Shown: positions 28,658-38,200 of the stretch, in pieces | Layout of the letters: each line of letters opens with the position of its first letter | Numbering within the stretch: position 1 is the stretch's first letter | Origin: Candidatus Omnitrophota bacterium | Lineage (GTDB): Bacteria; Omnitrophota; Gorgyraeia; Gygaellales; Profunditerraquicolaceae | NCBI GenBank assembly: GCA_018825985.1 | Contig: JAHKAP010000047.1 | Span: forward strand, 2,719 to 66,718 | DNA: 64,000 nt | Direction of reading: 5' to 3' | Program-made: the position numbers and the translations under genes | Notes under the pieces: generated by a model | What the model was told of the DNA's origin: nothing | Seen by the model: only the letters and a program-made list of their open reading frames with translations | Databases searched by the model: none

Positions 28658-28945
28658 ATGTCTATTCACCCGTCGTTAAATATTTCGGATAAGGATAAAC
28701 AGCAAAGGTCGGTATTAAAACGCATTGAGCGGATTAAGCTCATGAAAGATAAGGAGCAATGGAAAGAAGGCGATGATGTTTTTGGATTGCCTAAGATCAA
28801 GACCTTGAGGATCAAGATCAAAAAAGAAAAGGCTGAAAAAGCAACTGATGCTACCGCCGCTCCCGGAGCTGCCGCTTCCGCTCCTGCCGCGCCTGCGCAG
28901 GCCTCGTCAAAAGCGCCCGCCGCCAAAGGTCAGGAAAAGAAATAG
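28658..28945 (+). CDS. PVC-superphylum signature small basic protein
   Basis: MSIHPSL..RSVLKRIERI..W.EG..VFGLPK pattern; Ala-rich tail. Confidence 0.8.
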   Translation: MSIHPSLNISDKDKQQRSVLKRIERIKLMKDKEQWKEGDDVFGLPKIKTLRIKIKKEKAEKATDATAAPGAAASAPAAPAQASSKAPAAKGQEKK

Positions 28946-29010
28946 GTATGTCGTGCAGATAAGCGAATTTTTTGCCTGAAGTCCTGGCGATCCGCTTTAC
29001 TTTTTAAAAT

Positions 29011-30096
29011 ATGAAAAAGATCAGGGTTGAACTTAATCAGCGCGCCTATAGCGTTTTTATCGGCAGAGGGATATTGTCCTCGCTGGGAGAGCGCCTGCGC
29101 CAACTAAATATTGGCAGCGATTGTTATATTATTACCAACGCCTGGCTAAAGAAAAAATATTCAAAAGTGCTGGACGCGCCGCTAAGGAGTTCGGGTTTTA
29201 CTTTAAGATACATGATTATCCCGGACAGCGAAAAAAGCAAATCTTTTGAATCCGCTTGCAATATTTTTGAGGATCTGGCTGTTGTTGATAAGAAAAAAAA
29301 CATATTTATTCTGGCTTTTGGAGGCGGGGTGATCGGAGATCTTTCAGCCTTTATCGCCTCTATTTACCGCAGGGGCATCCCGTATATTCAAATACCCACA
29401 ACCCTGCTGGCCCAGGTTGATTCCAGTATCGGGGGAAAGGCCGCGGTTGATATGAGCGCGGCTAAGAACCTGGTGGGGGCGGTTTACCAGCCTAAGGCGG
29501 TATTTTCCGATAATGGACTCTTAAAGACTTTATCCTCCAGGCAGATAAGGGCCGGCTTAGCCGAGATTATTAAATATGGCGTGATTAAAGAGCCGGGGTT
29601 ATTTGATTTTCTAGAAAAAAATTATAATTCGGTTCTCATGCTGAATGAGGCAAAATTAGAATATACCATTAGCAGATGTGTTAAAATAAAAGCTGATATT
29701 GTCAAAAAAGATGAATTAGATCAAAAAGGAATTCGGGCTATCCTTAATTTCGGGCACACTATTGGCCATGCTATTGAAACTGCGGGCGGTTATTTCAGAT
29801 ATAATCATGGTGAAGCCGTGGCTTTGGGTATGCTGGTAGCAATAGATATAAGCCGGTTAATCGGCCTGGCCAATGAGAAAGCAGCCCGGAGAATCGATTG
29901 CCTGATCCAGCAAACAGGCCTGCCTCACCGGATCAGGGGAATAGGGATCGATGCTATAGTAAAGGCCCATTATCATGACAAGAAATTTAAAGGCGCCAGT
30001 AATAGATTCGTGTTATTTAAAGATATTGGTAAAGTTATGCTGGTAGAAAACGTGCCTTTGTCTGTAATTAAAAAAGCGATAAAGAATAGATTTTAG
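29011..30096 (+). CDS. aroB: 3-dehydroquinate synthase
   Basis: GGGVIGD, PTTLLAQVDSSIGGK, LNFGHTIGHAIE and HGEAV. Confidence 0.95.
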   Translation: MKKIRVELNQRAYSVFIGRGILSSLGERLRQLNIGSDCYIITNAWLKKKYSKVLDAPLRSSGFTLRYMIIPDSEKSKSFESACNIFEDLAVVDKKKNIFILAFGGGVIGDLSAFIASIYRRGIPYIQIPTTLLAQVDSSIGGKAAVDMSAAKNLVGAVYQPKAVFSDNGLLKTLSSRQIRAGLAEIIKYGVIKEPGLFDFLEKNYNSVLMLNEAKLEYTISRCVKIKADIVKKDELDQKGIRAILNFGHTIGHAIETAGGYFRYNHGEAVALGMLVAIDISRLIGLANEKAARRIDCLIQQTGLPHRIRGIGIDAIVKAHYHDKKFKGASNRFVLFKDIGKVMLVENVPLSVIKKAIKNRF

Positions 30097-30098
30097 GG

Positions 30099-30127
30099 TT
30101 GACAAAAAGCGATTATTGTTATAAAAT
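30099..30127 (+). promoter_or_regulatory. Sigma-70 promoter of guaB3-guaA
   Basis: TTGACA-17 bp-TAAAAT. Confidence 0.65.
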
Positions 30128-30207
30128 CAAGCTTTAAATCGCGGAGTAAAGTGGCTTATTATTCATAACATATTGTAATGCAATGGTTTATATAAAAAGG
30201 AGTTGAA

Positions 30208-31368
30208 ATGGGTGAATGGATAGGCATGGGTAGGAGGGCCCGCAGATGTTACGGGTTTGATGAAATTGCGTTAGTGCCGGGCACGCAGACAGTTAATCCT
30301 AATGAAGTAGACGCCAGTTTTGAATTCGCTGGAAAGAAATTTAAGGTTCCGATCATGGCCGCGGCTATGGATGGAGTTGTTGATGTTAGATTTGCCGTGG
30401 AGATGTCCAAACTCGGCGGGATCGCGGTTTTGAATCTCGATGGAATTCAGACGCGGTATGAGAATCCGGATCTGGTGCTGGAGAAAATAGCAAAAGCTTC
30501 TCCACAGGAAGCCACTGAATTAATGCAGGCGGTATATACCAAGCCGGTCAAGGATAAACTGATTTCTAAAAGGATTCTGGAGATCAAAAGGAAAAAAGGC
30601 ACTGCCGTGGTTAGCTGTATACCCGCGCATGCCGAAAAATTCGCTAAGCTCGCCCAGGCTGCTGGAGTAGACATATTTGTGGTCCAGTCAACAGTTACTA
30701 CTGCTAAGCACGTTGCCAAAGAATATAAGAGCCTGGACCTGTTTAAATTCTGCAAGTCATCCAAAGTGCCGGTAATTTTAGGCAATTGCGTTACTTACGA
30801 AAATACTTTGGATCTGATGGATACCCAGGCCTCTGGCTTATTAATTGGCGTAGGCCCTGGCGCTGCCTGTACTACTCGCGGAGTATTGGGTATTGGCGTG
30901 CCTCAGGTTACAGCTACTGTGGATGCTGCTGCTGCCCGGGATTTCTATTTTAAGCGCACCGGAAGATACGTGTCTATTATTACTGATGGAGGGATGAATC
31001 GGGGAGGAGATATTTGTAAAGGTTTTGCTGCCGGAGCTGACGCAGTAATGATCGGCTCTAGTTTTGCCCGGGCAATGGAGGCTCCGGGAAGAGGTTATCA
31101 CTGGGGTATGGCTACCTCTCATGTAAATCTTCCCCGGGGTACCCGGATTTATGTTGGTTCGACCGGCTCACTTAAGGAGATTCTTTTTGGCCCGGCAAAG
31201 GTTGATGACGGTTCTCAGAACCTGATGGGAGCGCTGAAGACTTCCATGGGTTCATTGGGGGTCTTGAATATTAAACAGATGCATGATGTGGAGATAATTA
31301 TTGCTCCCACAATACAGACTGAAGGAAAGATTTTTCAGGTCGGCCAGAAAGTAGGGATGGGAAAATGA
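30208..31368 (+). CDS. guaB3: GuaB3-family IMP dehydrogenase
   Basis: YGFDEIALVP, GVGPGAACTTR and HWGMAT..LPRGTRI. Confidence 0.9.
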   Translation: MGEWIGMGRRARRCYGFDEIALVPGTQTVNPNEVDASFEFAGKKFKVPIMAAAMDGVVDVRFAVEMSKLGGIAVLNLDGIQTRYENPDLVLEKIAKASPQEATELMQAVYTKPVKDKLISKRILEIKRKKGTAVVSCIPAHAEKFAKLAQAAGVDIFVVQSTVTTAKHVAKEYKSLDLFKFCKSSKVPVILGNCVTYENTLDLMDTQASGLLIGVGPGAACTTRGVLGIGVPQVTATVDAAAARDFYFKRTGRYVSIITDGGMNRGGDICKGFAAGADAVMIGSSFARAMEAPGRGYHWGMATSHVNLPRGTRIYVGSTGSLKEILFGPAKVDDGSQNLMGALKTSMGSLGVLNIKQMHDVEIIIAPTIQTEGKIFQVGQKVGMGK

Positions 31369-32906
31369 ACCGTGAAATAGTGCTTATTCTGGATTTTGGC
31401 TCGCAGTATACCCAGTTGATCGCCAGGCGGGTCAGGGAGAACCGGGTTTTTTCTAAGATCGTTCCATATAATATATCGGCCAAAGAAATAGCTGCTATCG
31501 CCCCTAAGGGCCTAATTTTATCCGGTGGTCCGGCATCGGTAGTGGATAAAAAGAGCCCGATGCCCGATAAAACAATTTTTAAATTGGGCATACCTGTTTT
31601 AGGCATATGCTACGGTATGCAGGCTATCGCCCAGATATTCGGCGGCAAGACCAGGCATACCAAGGATCGCGAATACGGCAAAATTGAACTATTTGTGGAT
31701 AATAACCGGATTCTATTCGCGGGCCTGCCGGGTAATTTTACTTGTTGGGCCAGCCATGGAGATTATGTGACTAAGCAGCCCCCAGGATTTACTATCAGCG
31801 CGCATAGTCTGAATTCGCCAATAATGTCTATTGCCAACAAAGCAAAAAAAATCTACGGAGTTCAATTCCACCCGGAAGTAACCCATACTGAGAAAGGCTC
31901 GCAGATATTAAGCAATTTTTTATTTAAGGTCTGCGATTGCTCCGGACGCTGGACTATGCGTTCATTCATTAAAGAAACTGTGGACGGATTAAAAAAAACT
32001 ATTGGAAAAGATAAGGTCGTCTTAGGTTTGAGCGGCGGAGTTGATTCTTCGGTAGTGGCGGTGCTAATGCATCGGGCTATCGGCAGGAATTCCCGCTGTA
32101 TTTTTATTGATAATGGATTAGTTCGGAAAGATGAGGCCGCCCAGATCAAGAATATTTTCCGCAAAGGTTTTCATCTTAATCTTGATTATGTTGACCGCAG
32201 CCGCAGGTTTCTAAACGCCCTCAAAGGGATAACCGATCCCGAAGAGAAGAGGAAGATCATCGGCAGGGAATTTATCAAGGTTTTTGAGGAAGAGGCGAAA
32301 AAAGTCAGGGGCGTGAAATATTTGGCCCAAGGCACGCTTTATCCCGACGTGATCGAATCTATTTCCGCTACTGGTTCTCCGACCAGCAAGATCAAGAGCC
32401 ATCATAACGTGGGAGGGTTGCCCGAGCAGATGCATTTAAAATTAATCGAGCCGCTCAGGGACCTGTTTAAAGATGAGGCCCGCCATATTGCCAGAGAACT
32501 CGGCCTCCCGGAGAGCATAACCTATCGCCAGCCTTTTCCCGGGCCAGGCTTAGGCATCAGGATTATTGGAGAAGTAACAGATGAGCGCCTAAAGATACTG
32601 CGGGAAGTGGATAACCGGGTGATCGAAGAGATCAGAAAAGAGAACCTTTATAACCAGGTTTGGCAATCATTCGCTATATTACTTCCGATAAAGACTGTTG
32701 GAGTTATGGGCGACGAAAGGACCTATGATTGCGTTGCGGCAATACGCTGCGTTGCCAGTGTTGACGGGATGACCGCTGACTGGGTAAAGCTCCCCCATGA
32801 GGTTTTAGAGAAAATATCCAACCGGATAGTCAATGAAGTAAAAGGCGTTAACCGCGTAGTATACGACATAACCTCCAAGCCTCCGGCAACCATTGAGTGG
32901 GAATAA
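31365..32906 (+). CDS. guaA: GMP synthase (glutamine-hydrolysing)
   Basis: DFGSQY, GICYGMQ, QFHPEV, SGGVDS and KPPATIEWE. Confidence 0.97.
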   Translation: MNREIVLILDFGSQYTQLIARRVRENRVFSKIVPYNISAKEIAAIAPKGLILSGGPASVVDKKSPMPDKTIFKLGIPVLGICYGMQAIAQIFGGKTRHTKDREYGKIELFVDNNRILFAGLPGNFTCWASHGDYVTKQPPGFTISAHSLNSPIMSIANKAKKIYGVQFHPEVTHTEKGSQILSNFLFKVCDCSGRWTMRSFIKETVDGLKKTIGKDKVVLGLSGGVDSSVVAVLMHRAIGRNSRCIFIDNGLVRKDEAAQIKNIFRKGFHLNLDYVDRSRRFLNALKGITDPEEKRKIIGREFIKVFEEEAKKVRGVKYLAQGTLYPDVIESISATGSPTSKIKSHHNVGGLPEQMHLKLIEPLRDLFKDEARHIARELGLPESITYRQPFPGPGLGIRIIGEVTDERLKILREVDNRVIEEIRKENLYNQVWQSFAILLPIKTVGVMGDERTYDCVAAIRCVASVDGMTADWVKLPHEVLEKISNRIVNEVKGVNRVVYDITSKPPATIEWE

Positions 32907-32913
32907 ATCTGTT

Positions 32914-33004
32914 GTAGAGTTACCGAGTTAATGAGCTAGCGCTTTAACGAGTTATAACCCGCTAACCCGATAACTCGAGTAATCCTATAACTCGTTAACT
33001 CTAT
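32914..33004. repeat. Mirror array GAGTTA / TAACYC
   Basis: agagtta, cgagtta, tgagcta, cgagtta then taacccg x2, taactcg x2, taactct. Confidence 0.7.
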
Positions 33005-33010
33005 AATTAG

Positions 33011-36000
33011 ATGTTTCATTCTGATTTCATCCACCTCCATTTACATACCCAATACAGCCTGCTGGATGGAGCCTGCCGTTTACCTGATTTATTAACTCTG
33101 GCGAAACTTTATAAAATGGATTCCCTGGCTATTACCGACCACGGGAATATGTTCGGGGCAATTGATTTTTATACGGAAGCCCTTAAACAGGGGATTAAGC
33201 CTATAATCGGAGCAGAGGTTTATGTGGCTCCCCGCAGCCGCTTGGATAAATCCAGCAGCGGCATTGAAGAAGCAGCCTACCATTTAATATTATTAGCCAA
33301 GGATGAGTTAGGGTATAAAAATCTGGCTAAACTTATATCAATAGCCTACCTTGAAGGTTTTTATTACCGGCCCCGTATAGATAAAGAGATCTTGAGCGTT
33401 TATCATGAAGGTTTGATCGGCCTGACTGCCTGTCTTAAAGGCGAGATCCCTTCATTGTTGCAGGAGAAAAGGTTTAATGATGCTTTGAAAACCGCGGACG
33501 ATTATCTGAATATAATGGGTAAGGATAATTTATTCCTGGAGATTCAGGTGAATAAGATTCCCGATCAGGTAACGGTTAATCAGGGCCTGATCAGGATCTC
33601 CCGCGAACTTAAAATTCCCCTGGTAGCAACCAACGATGTGCATTACCTGCAGAAGTCTCATGCCCGGGCCCATGAAGCCCTGCTTTGCATCCAGACCCAG
33701 AATACCCTGGATGACCCCAATAGGATGCGTTTTCAAACCGACGAATTTTATTTTAAATCTCCGGAAGAGATGAAGGAACTTTTTAAAGAAGTCCCTGAGG
33801 CGATAGCTAATACCCTGGAGATCGCCGGACGCTGTAACCTGGAATTGGATTTTAAACAGATCCATCTGCCTAAGTATGAACCACCGGTAAATACGACCAA
33901 GGAAGCGTTCTTAAAAGACCTTTGCGAAAAGGGGTTAAAACAAAAATATCCCGAAGTAGATGCTCAGATAAGAGAGCGCCTGGAGCATGAATTAAAAGTT
34001 ATCAGAGATATGGGTTTTACCAGTTATTTTCTGATCGTCTGGGATTTTATCCATTATGCCAAGAGCCAGCAGATACCGGTCGGACCGGGGAGGGGGTCGG
34101 CTGCCGGTAGCCTGGTTAGTTATTTGTTAGGTATAACCGACATCGACCCCCTAAAATATAAGTTGTTATTTGAGCGTTTTCTCAATCCTCAGAGGATGGG
34201 CCTGCCGGATATAGATATAGATTTTTGTTATGAAAGGCGGCAGGAAGTCATTGATTACGTAACAAAAAAATACGGGCAGGAGAACGTAGCCCAGATTATT
34301 ACTTTCGGGACCATGCAGGCCAGAGCAGTGGTGAGGGATGTCGGCAGGGTTATGGGATTGGCTTACGCGGATGTGGACCGGATCGCTAAAATGATACCTC
34401 CTGATCCTTCGATTAATCTAAAGGACGCCTTAGAGTCGGAACCGGAATTAAAAAATCTTTATAAAAATGACCCGCAGATAACTAAATTAATCGATACCGC
34501 CCTGATATTGGAGGGGCTTAACCGGCATGCCTCGATTCACGCAGCCGGGGTGGTGATTGCGGATAAGCCCCTGAATGAATATATGCCTTTATTCAAGAGC
34601 CAGGATGACCAGATTACCTCAGGTTACGGAATGAAGGTTTTGGAAAAGATAGGTTTATTAAAGGTAGATTTTTTAGGTCTTAGGACCCTGACCGTAATTG
34701 ATCAAGCTAAAAAGATAATCAAAGAAACCAGGGGTAAGGATATAGATATCGATAATATTCCGCTGGATGACCCCAATACCTATAAGCTCTTAGCCGCAGC
34801 TCAAACTATCGGTGTCTTCCAGGTGGAAAGTTCCGGGATGCGGGATCTGCTAAAAAAAATGGAACCGGAGGAATTCGAGGACCTGATCGCTCTCCTGGCT
34901 TTATACCGGCCCGGGCCTATGGGTTCAGGGATGTTAAGCGATTTTATACAGCGTAAGCGGAATAAGACCCCCATCCGGTATGATAATAAAAGATTGGAGC
35001 CGATCTTAAAATCTACTTATGGGATCATGGTATACCAGGAGCAGATCATGCAGATAGCCTCCAGCCTTGCCGGTTTTACCCTGGCCCAGGCTGACCTTTT
35101 GCGCCGGGCTATGAGTAAGAAGACCCCTGAAGTTATGGAACAACAGAGGAAAAGTTTTATAGCCGGCGCGGTTAAACAGGGGGTGAGCGAAACAATAGCT
35201 TCCAAGATATTCGACCAGATCGAATATTTTTCCGGATATGGATTTAACCGCAGCCACAGCGCCGCTTATGCTTTAATATCTTTCCGCACTGCTTATCTTA
35301 AGGCAAATTATCCAGTTGAGTTTATGACCGCGCTCTTGACCTCAGAACGCGACAATACCGATAAGATCGTGGAATATATAAATGAATCCGAACGTATGGG
35401 TATAGAGATTTTGCCTCCGGATATTAATGCCAGCTCAGGCCTGTTTAAAGTGGTTGATGAAAAGAAGATAAGGTTCGGCCTGCTGGCGGTTAAGAATGTT
35501 GGCCGGGGGGCCATAGATTCGATCATTCAGTCCAGAGAAAAGCATGGTAATTTTACTTCCTTGGAAGATATTTGTCAGAGGGTTGATCTAAGGCTGGTTA
35601 ACCATAAAGTCCTGGAGAGCTTGATTAAATGCGGAGCTTTGGATAGTTTTGGAATACATCGGGCCCAAATGTTTATTTCGTTAGACAAAATCCTGGAATT
35701 TGCCTCTAATACCAATAAGGATAAAGCCAAGGGTCAACTTTCTTTTTTTGACAAAGAACTTAATGGGAATGGATTCGACACCCATCTGCCGGCTTCACAG
35801 GTATTGATCAAGGAATGGCCTGAGCCGCAGTTATTGGCTTTTGAAAAAGAAATGCTGGGTTTTTATATTAGCGGCCATCCCTTGGCCCGTTATGCCAGGC
35901 AATTGAAACGTTTTACCTCCCTTTCTATCAAGGACCTTAATCAGTGCAAAGATGAAGATATGATTAAGATAGTCGGGATGATCACTAAGGTTAAACATAC

Positions 36001-36451
36001 TATTACCAGGCAGAAACAGGAGAAGATGGCTATTTTAAAACTGGAAGACCTGGATGGTATAGTGGAGGTTCTGGTTTTTCCGCAGGCTTTTCAGAAGGTA
36101 TCTCAATATATACAGGCTAACCTGGTAGTATTGGTAAAGGGCAGGCTTAATCTGAAAGAAGACGTTCCTAAGATAATAGTGAGCGATATGTTTCCTATGG
36201 ACGAGGTCTATAAATTGGTTACTACATTAAATATCAATCTTACCGGAATGAGGGAAAACCTCTTCGAGAGCCTCAAGGAATTGCTGGGTTCTTCATCGGG
36301 CAGGATACCGGTTTACTTGCATCTGGATACCCCGGCAAAATCCCGGGTCAAAGTGGTTGTGGGCGATAATTTATTTGTTTCGCCGTCAGAGAAGTTGGTC
36401 GAAGATATCGTTAACCTTTTGGGTGAAGATAGGTTATCCCTGACCATCTAA
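33011..36451 (+). CDS. dnaE: DNA polymerase III alpha subunit
   Basis: HLHLHTQYSLLDGA, GPGRGSAAGS, PDIDIDF and YGFNRSH; no intein-sized insert seen. Confidence 0.97.
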   Translation: MFHSDFIHLHLHTQYSLLDGACRLPDLLTLAKLYKMDSLAITDHGNMFGAIDFYTEALKQGIKPIIGAEVYVAPRSRLDKSSSGIEEAAYHLILLAKDELGYKNLAKLISIAYLEGFYYRPRIDKEILSVYHEGLIGLTACLKGEIPSLLQEKRFNDALKTADDYLNIMGKDNLFLEIQVNKIPDQVTVNQGLIRISRELKIPLVATNDVHYLQKSHARAHEALLCIQTQNTLDDPNRMRFQTDEFYFKSPEEMKELFKEVPEAIANTLEIAGRCNLELDFKQIHLPKYEPPVNTTKEAFLKDLCEKGLKQKYPEVDAQIRERLEHELKVIRDMGFTSYFLIVWDFIHYAKSQQIPVGPGRGSAAGSLVSYLLGITDIDPLKYKLLFERFLNPQRMGLPDIDIDFCYERRQEVIDYVTKKYGQENVAQIITFGTMQARAVVRDVGRVMGLAYADVDRIAKMIPPDPSINLKDALESEPELKNLYKNDPQITKLIDTALILEGLNRHASIHAAGVVIADKPLNEYMPLFKSQDDQITSGYGMKVLEKIGLLKVDFLGLRTLTVIDQAKKIIKETRGKDIDIDNIPLDDPNTYKLLAAAQTIGVFQVESSGMRDLLKKMEPEEFEDLIALLALYRPGPMGSGMLSDFIQRKRNKTPIRYDNKRLEPILKSTYGIMVYQEQIMQIASSLAGFTLAQADLLRRAMSKKTPEVMEQQRKSFIAGAVKQGVSETIASKIFDQIEYFSGYGFNRSHSAAYALISFRTAYLKANYPVEFMTALLTSERDNTDKIVEYINESERMGIEILPPDINASSGLFKVVDEKKIRFGLLAVKNVGRGAIDSIIQSREKHGNFTSLEDICQRVDLRLVNHKVLESLIKCGALDSFGIHRAQMFISLDKILEFASNTNKDKAKGQLSFFDKELNGNGFDTHLPASQVLIKEWPEPQLLAFEKEMLGFYISGHPLARYARQLKRFTSLSIKDLNQCKDEDMIKIVGMITKVKHTITRQKQEKMAILKLEDLDGIVEVLVFPQAFQKVSQYIQANLVVLVKGRLNLKEDVPKIIVSDMFPMDEVYKLVTTLNINLTGMRENLFESLKELLGSSSGRIPVYLHLDTPAKSRVKVVVGDNLFVSPSEKLVEDIVNLLGEDRLSLTI

Positions 36452-36465
36452 TCCGCCAGGCCCGT

Positions 36466-36547
36466 GAAATGGGGTCAGAATTATTTTTTCTTTAGTCTGG
36501 CGCTCGAAAAAATAATTCTGACCCCATTTCTGCTGACCCCATTTCTG
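36466..36547. repeat. Palindromic element family A, copy 4, with extra right end
   Basis: GAAATGGGGTCAGAATTATTTTTTC..GAAAAAATAATTCTGACCCCATTTC-TG-CTGACCCCATTTCTG. Confidence 0.9.
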
Positions 36548-36568
36548 AAGTTAAATTACTGTTTTTAT

Positions 36569-36597
36569 TTGACGCCAGCTAATTTATGTGCTATTAT
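36569..36597 (+). promoter_or_regulatory. Sigma-70 promoter
   Basis: TTGACG-17 bp-TATTAT with TGn. Confidence 0.6.
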
Positions 36598-36673
36598 TTA
36601 AACAATAAAACAAGCGATCCTATCATTCTAACATTTTGTTAATATTATAGTTACAAATTAGAGGAGGTGAGTA

Positions 36674-36946
36674 ATGACGAAGAAAGATATAATACTCAAG
36701 ATCTCTGATGATACAAATTTAAAGCAGACTGATGTCAAAAAGGTAGTCCAGAAGACTTTTGACTATATGATCGAGGCATTAGTCAGGGGAGAGAAAATAG
36801 AGCTGCGTAATTTCGGAGTATTCAAAATTAAAGAACGCAAGAGCAGGACCGGAAGGAATCCCCGTACCGGAGAAGTAGTGCCTGTTCCGCCCAGAAAAGT
36901 GGCGGTTTTTAAGCCGGGTTTGGAAATGAAGACGAAGATAAGGTAA
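36674..36946 (+). CDS. HU/IHF family DNA-binding protein
   Basis: IELRNFGVF..GRNPRTGE..FKPG. Confidence 0.93.
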   Translation: MTKKDIILKISDDTNLKQTDVKKVVQKTFDYMIEALVRGEKIELRNFGVFKIKERKSRTGRNPRTGEVVPVPPRKVAVFKPGLEMKTKIR

Positions 36947-36958
36947 GAATCAAAAAAC

Positions 36959-38200
36959 ATGTTTAAAAGAGTGCCCGGTACCAGGGATATTTTGCCAGGC
37001 GAGATCTCCTGGTGGTTAAAAATAGAAGAAGCCAGCCGCAGGATATTTTCGCTGTACAATTATCAAGAGATACGCCCGCCTTTAATCGAAGATGCCCGTT
37101 TATTTAACCGTTCTTTAGGTGAATCCGCTGAAATAGTCCAAAAACAGATGTTTCTGGTCAGGAACAATGAAGATATTTACGCATTGAGGCCTGAAGGTAC
37201 AGCTTCAATAGTCAGGGCTTACCTGGAAAACAATTTGGACAAAACTAACAGCTTTGTAAAATTATATTATACGGGCGCGATGTTCCGTATGGAAAGGCCG
37301 CAAAAAGGAAGGCTTAGGCAATTTCACCATTTAGGCTCTGAAGTGATCGGTTCTTATCAACCGCAGGTAGATGCGGAAGTTATATCCTTAGGCAATAGGA
37401 TTTTAACAGAGGGCGGGATAAATGGTTATAAGATCAAAATCAATACTTTAGGCTGCAGGCAGGATAAAAAAGAATTATCCTCTAATTTAAATAAGAGCCT
37501 TAAGGATAAACTAGGGCAATTGTGTAAGGAATGCCAGGTTCGTTTTGAACGTAATATTTTAAGGGTTTTGGATTGTAAAAACGAGAGTTGCCGGGAGGTT
37601 GTCAGTAGTTTAAACCTTTCCGGTAGTCATATCTGCAAGGAATGCGCGGATCATTTTAAACAGGTCAGGGAGGCCCTGGATTCATTAAAAATAAATTATC
37701 AGGTTTCTCCTTACTTAGTCAGGGGATTGGATTATTATACCCGGACAGTTTTTGAATTTATCCATCCCAACCTGGGTCCGCAACAGGATGCCTTAGGCGC
37801 CGGAGGAAGATATGATAATTTGGTTAAAGATTTGGGCGGACCGGAAATAGGGGCAGTAGGATTCGCTTTTGGCATGGAAAGGTTGTTAATAGCCGATAGT
37901 CCACAGCCAACAGTCAACAGTAATAAATTAGTGTATATTATAACAATGGGCGATGCGGCTAAAAAACAAGGGGTCAGGTTTTTGGACCAGCTGCGCCGGG
38001 CTGGGATCGCAGCGGATACTGATTATGAAGGCAGGACCTTAAAAGGAGCGATGCGCCAGGCCAATGACTTAAAGGCTGGGTTTGTTTTAATTATCGGCGA
38101 TAATGAATTAAATAAAGATGCGGTTACTTTAAAAAATATGTCTTCAGGGGAACAAAAAGAAGTAAAATCCGCTGATATTATAGAGGAGTTAAAATGTTAA
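36959..38200 (+). CDS. hisS: Histidine-tRNA ligase
   Basis: LRPEGTA, ERPQKGRLRQF, LVRGLDYY and GGRYD. Confidence 0.96.
   Translation: MFKRVPGTRDILPGEISWWLKIEEASRRIFSLYNYQEIRPPLIEDARLFNRSLGESAEIVQKQMFLVRNNEDIYALRPEGTASIVRAYLENNLDKTNSFVKLYYTGAMFRMERPQKGRLRQFHHLGSEVIGSYQPQVDAEVISLGNRILTEGGINGYKIKINTLGCRQDKKELSSNLNKSLKDKLGQLCKECQVRFERNILRVLDCKNESCREVVSSLNLSGSHICKECADHFKQVREALDSLKINYQVSPYLVRGLDYYTRTVFEFIHPNLGPQQDALGAGGRYDNLVKDLGGPEIGAVGFAFGMERLLIADSPQPTVNSNKLVYIITMGDAAKKQGVRFLDQLRRAGIAADTDYEGRTLKGAMRQANDLKAGFVLIIGDNELNKDAVTLKNMSSGEQKEVKSADIIEELKC

Noticed and set aside
33011-36451. Intein in DnaE
   Set aside because: 1146 aa is normal length and no splice motifs were seen
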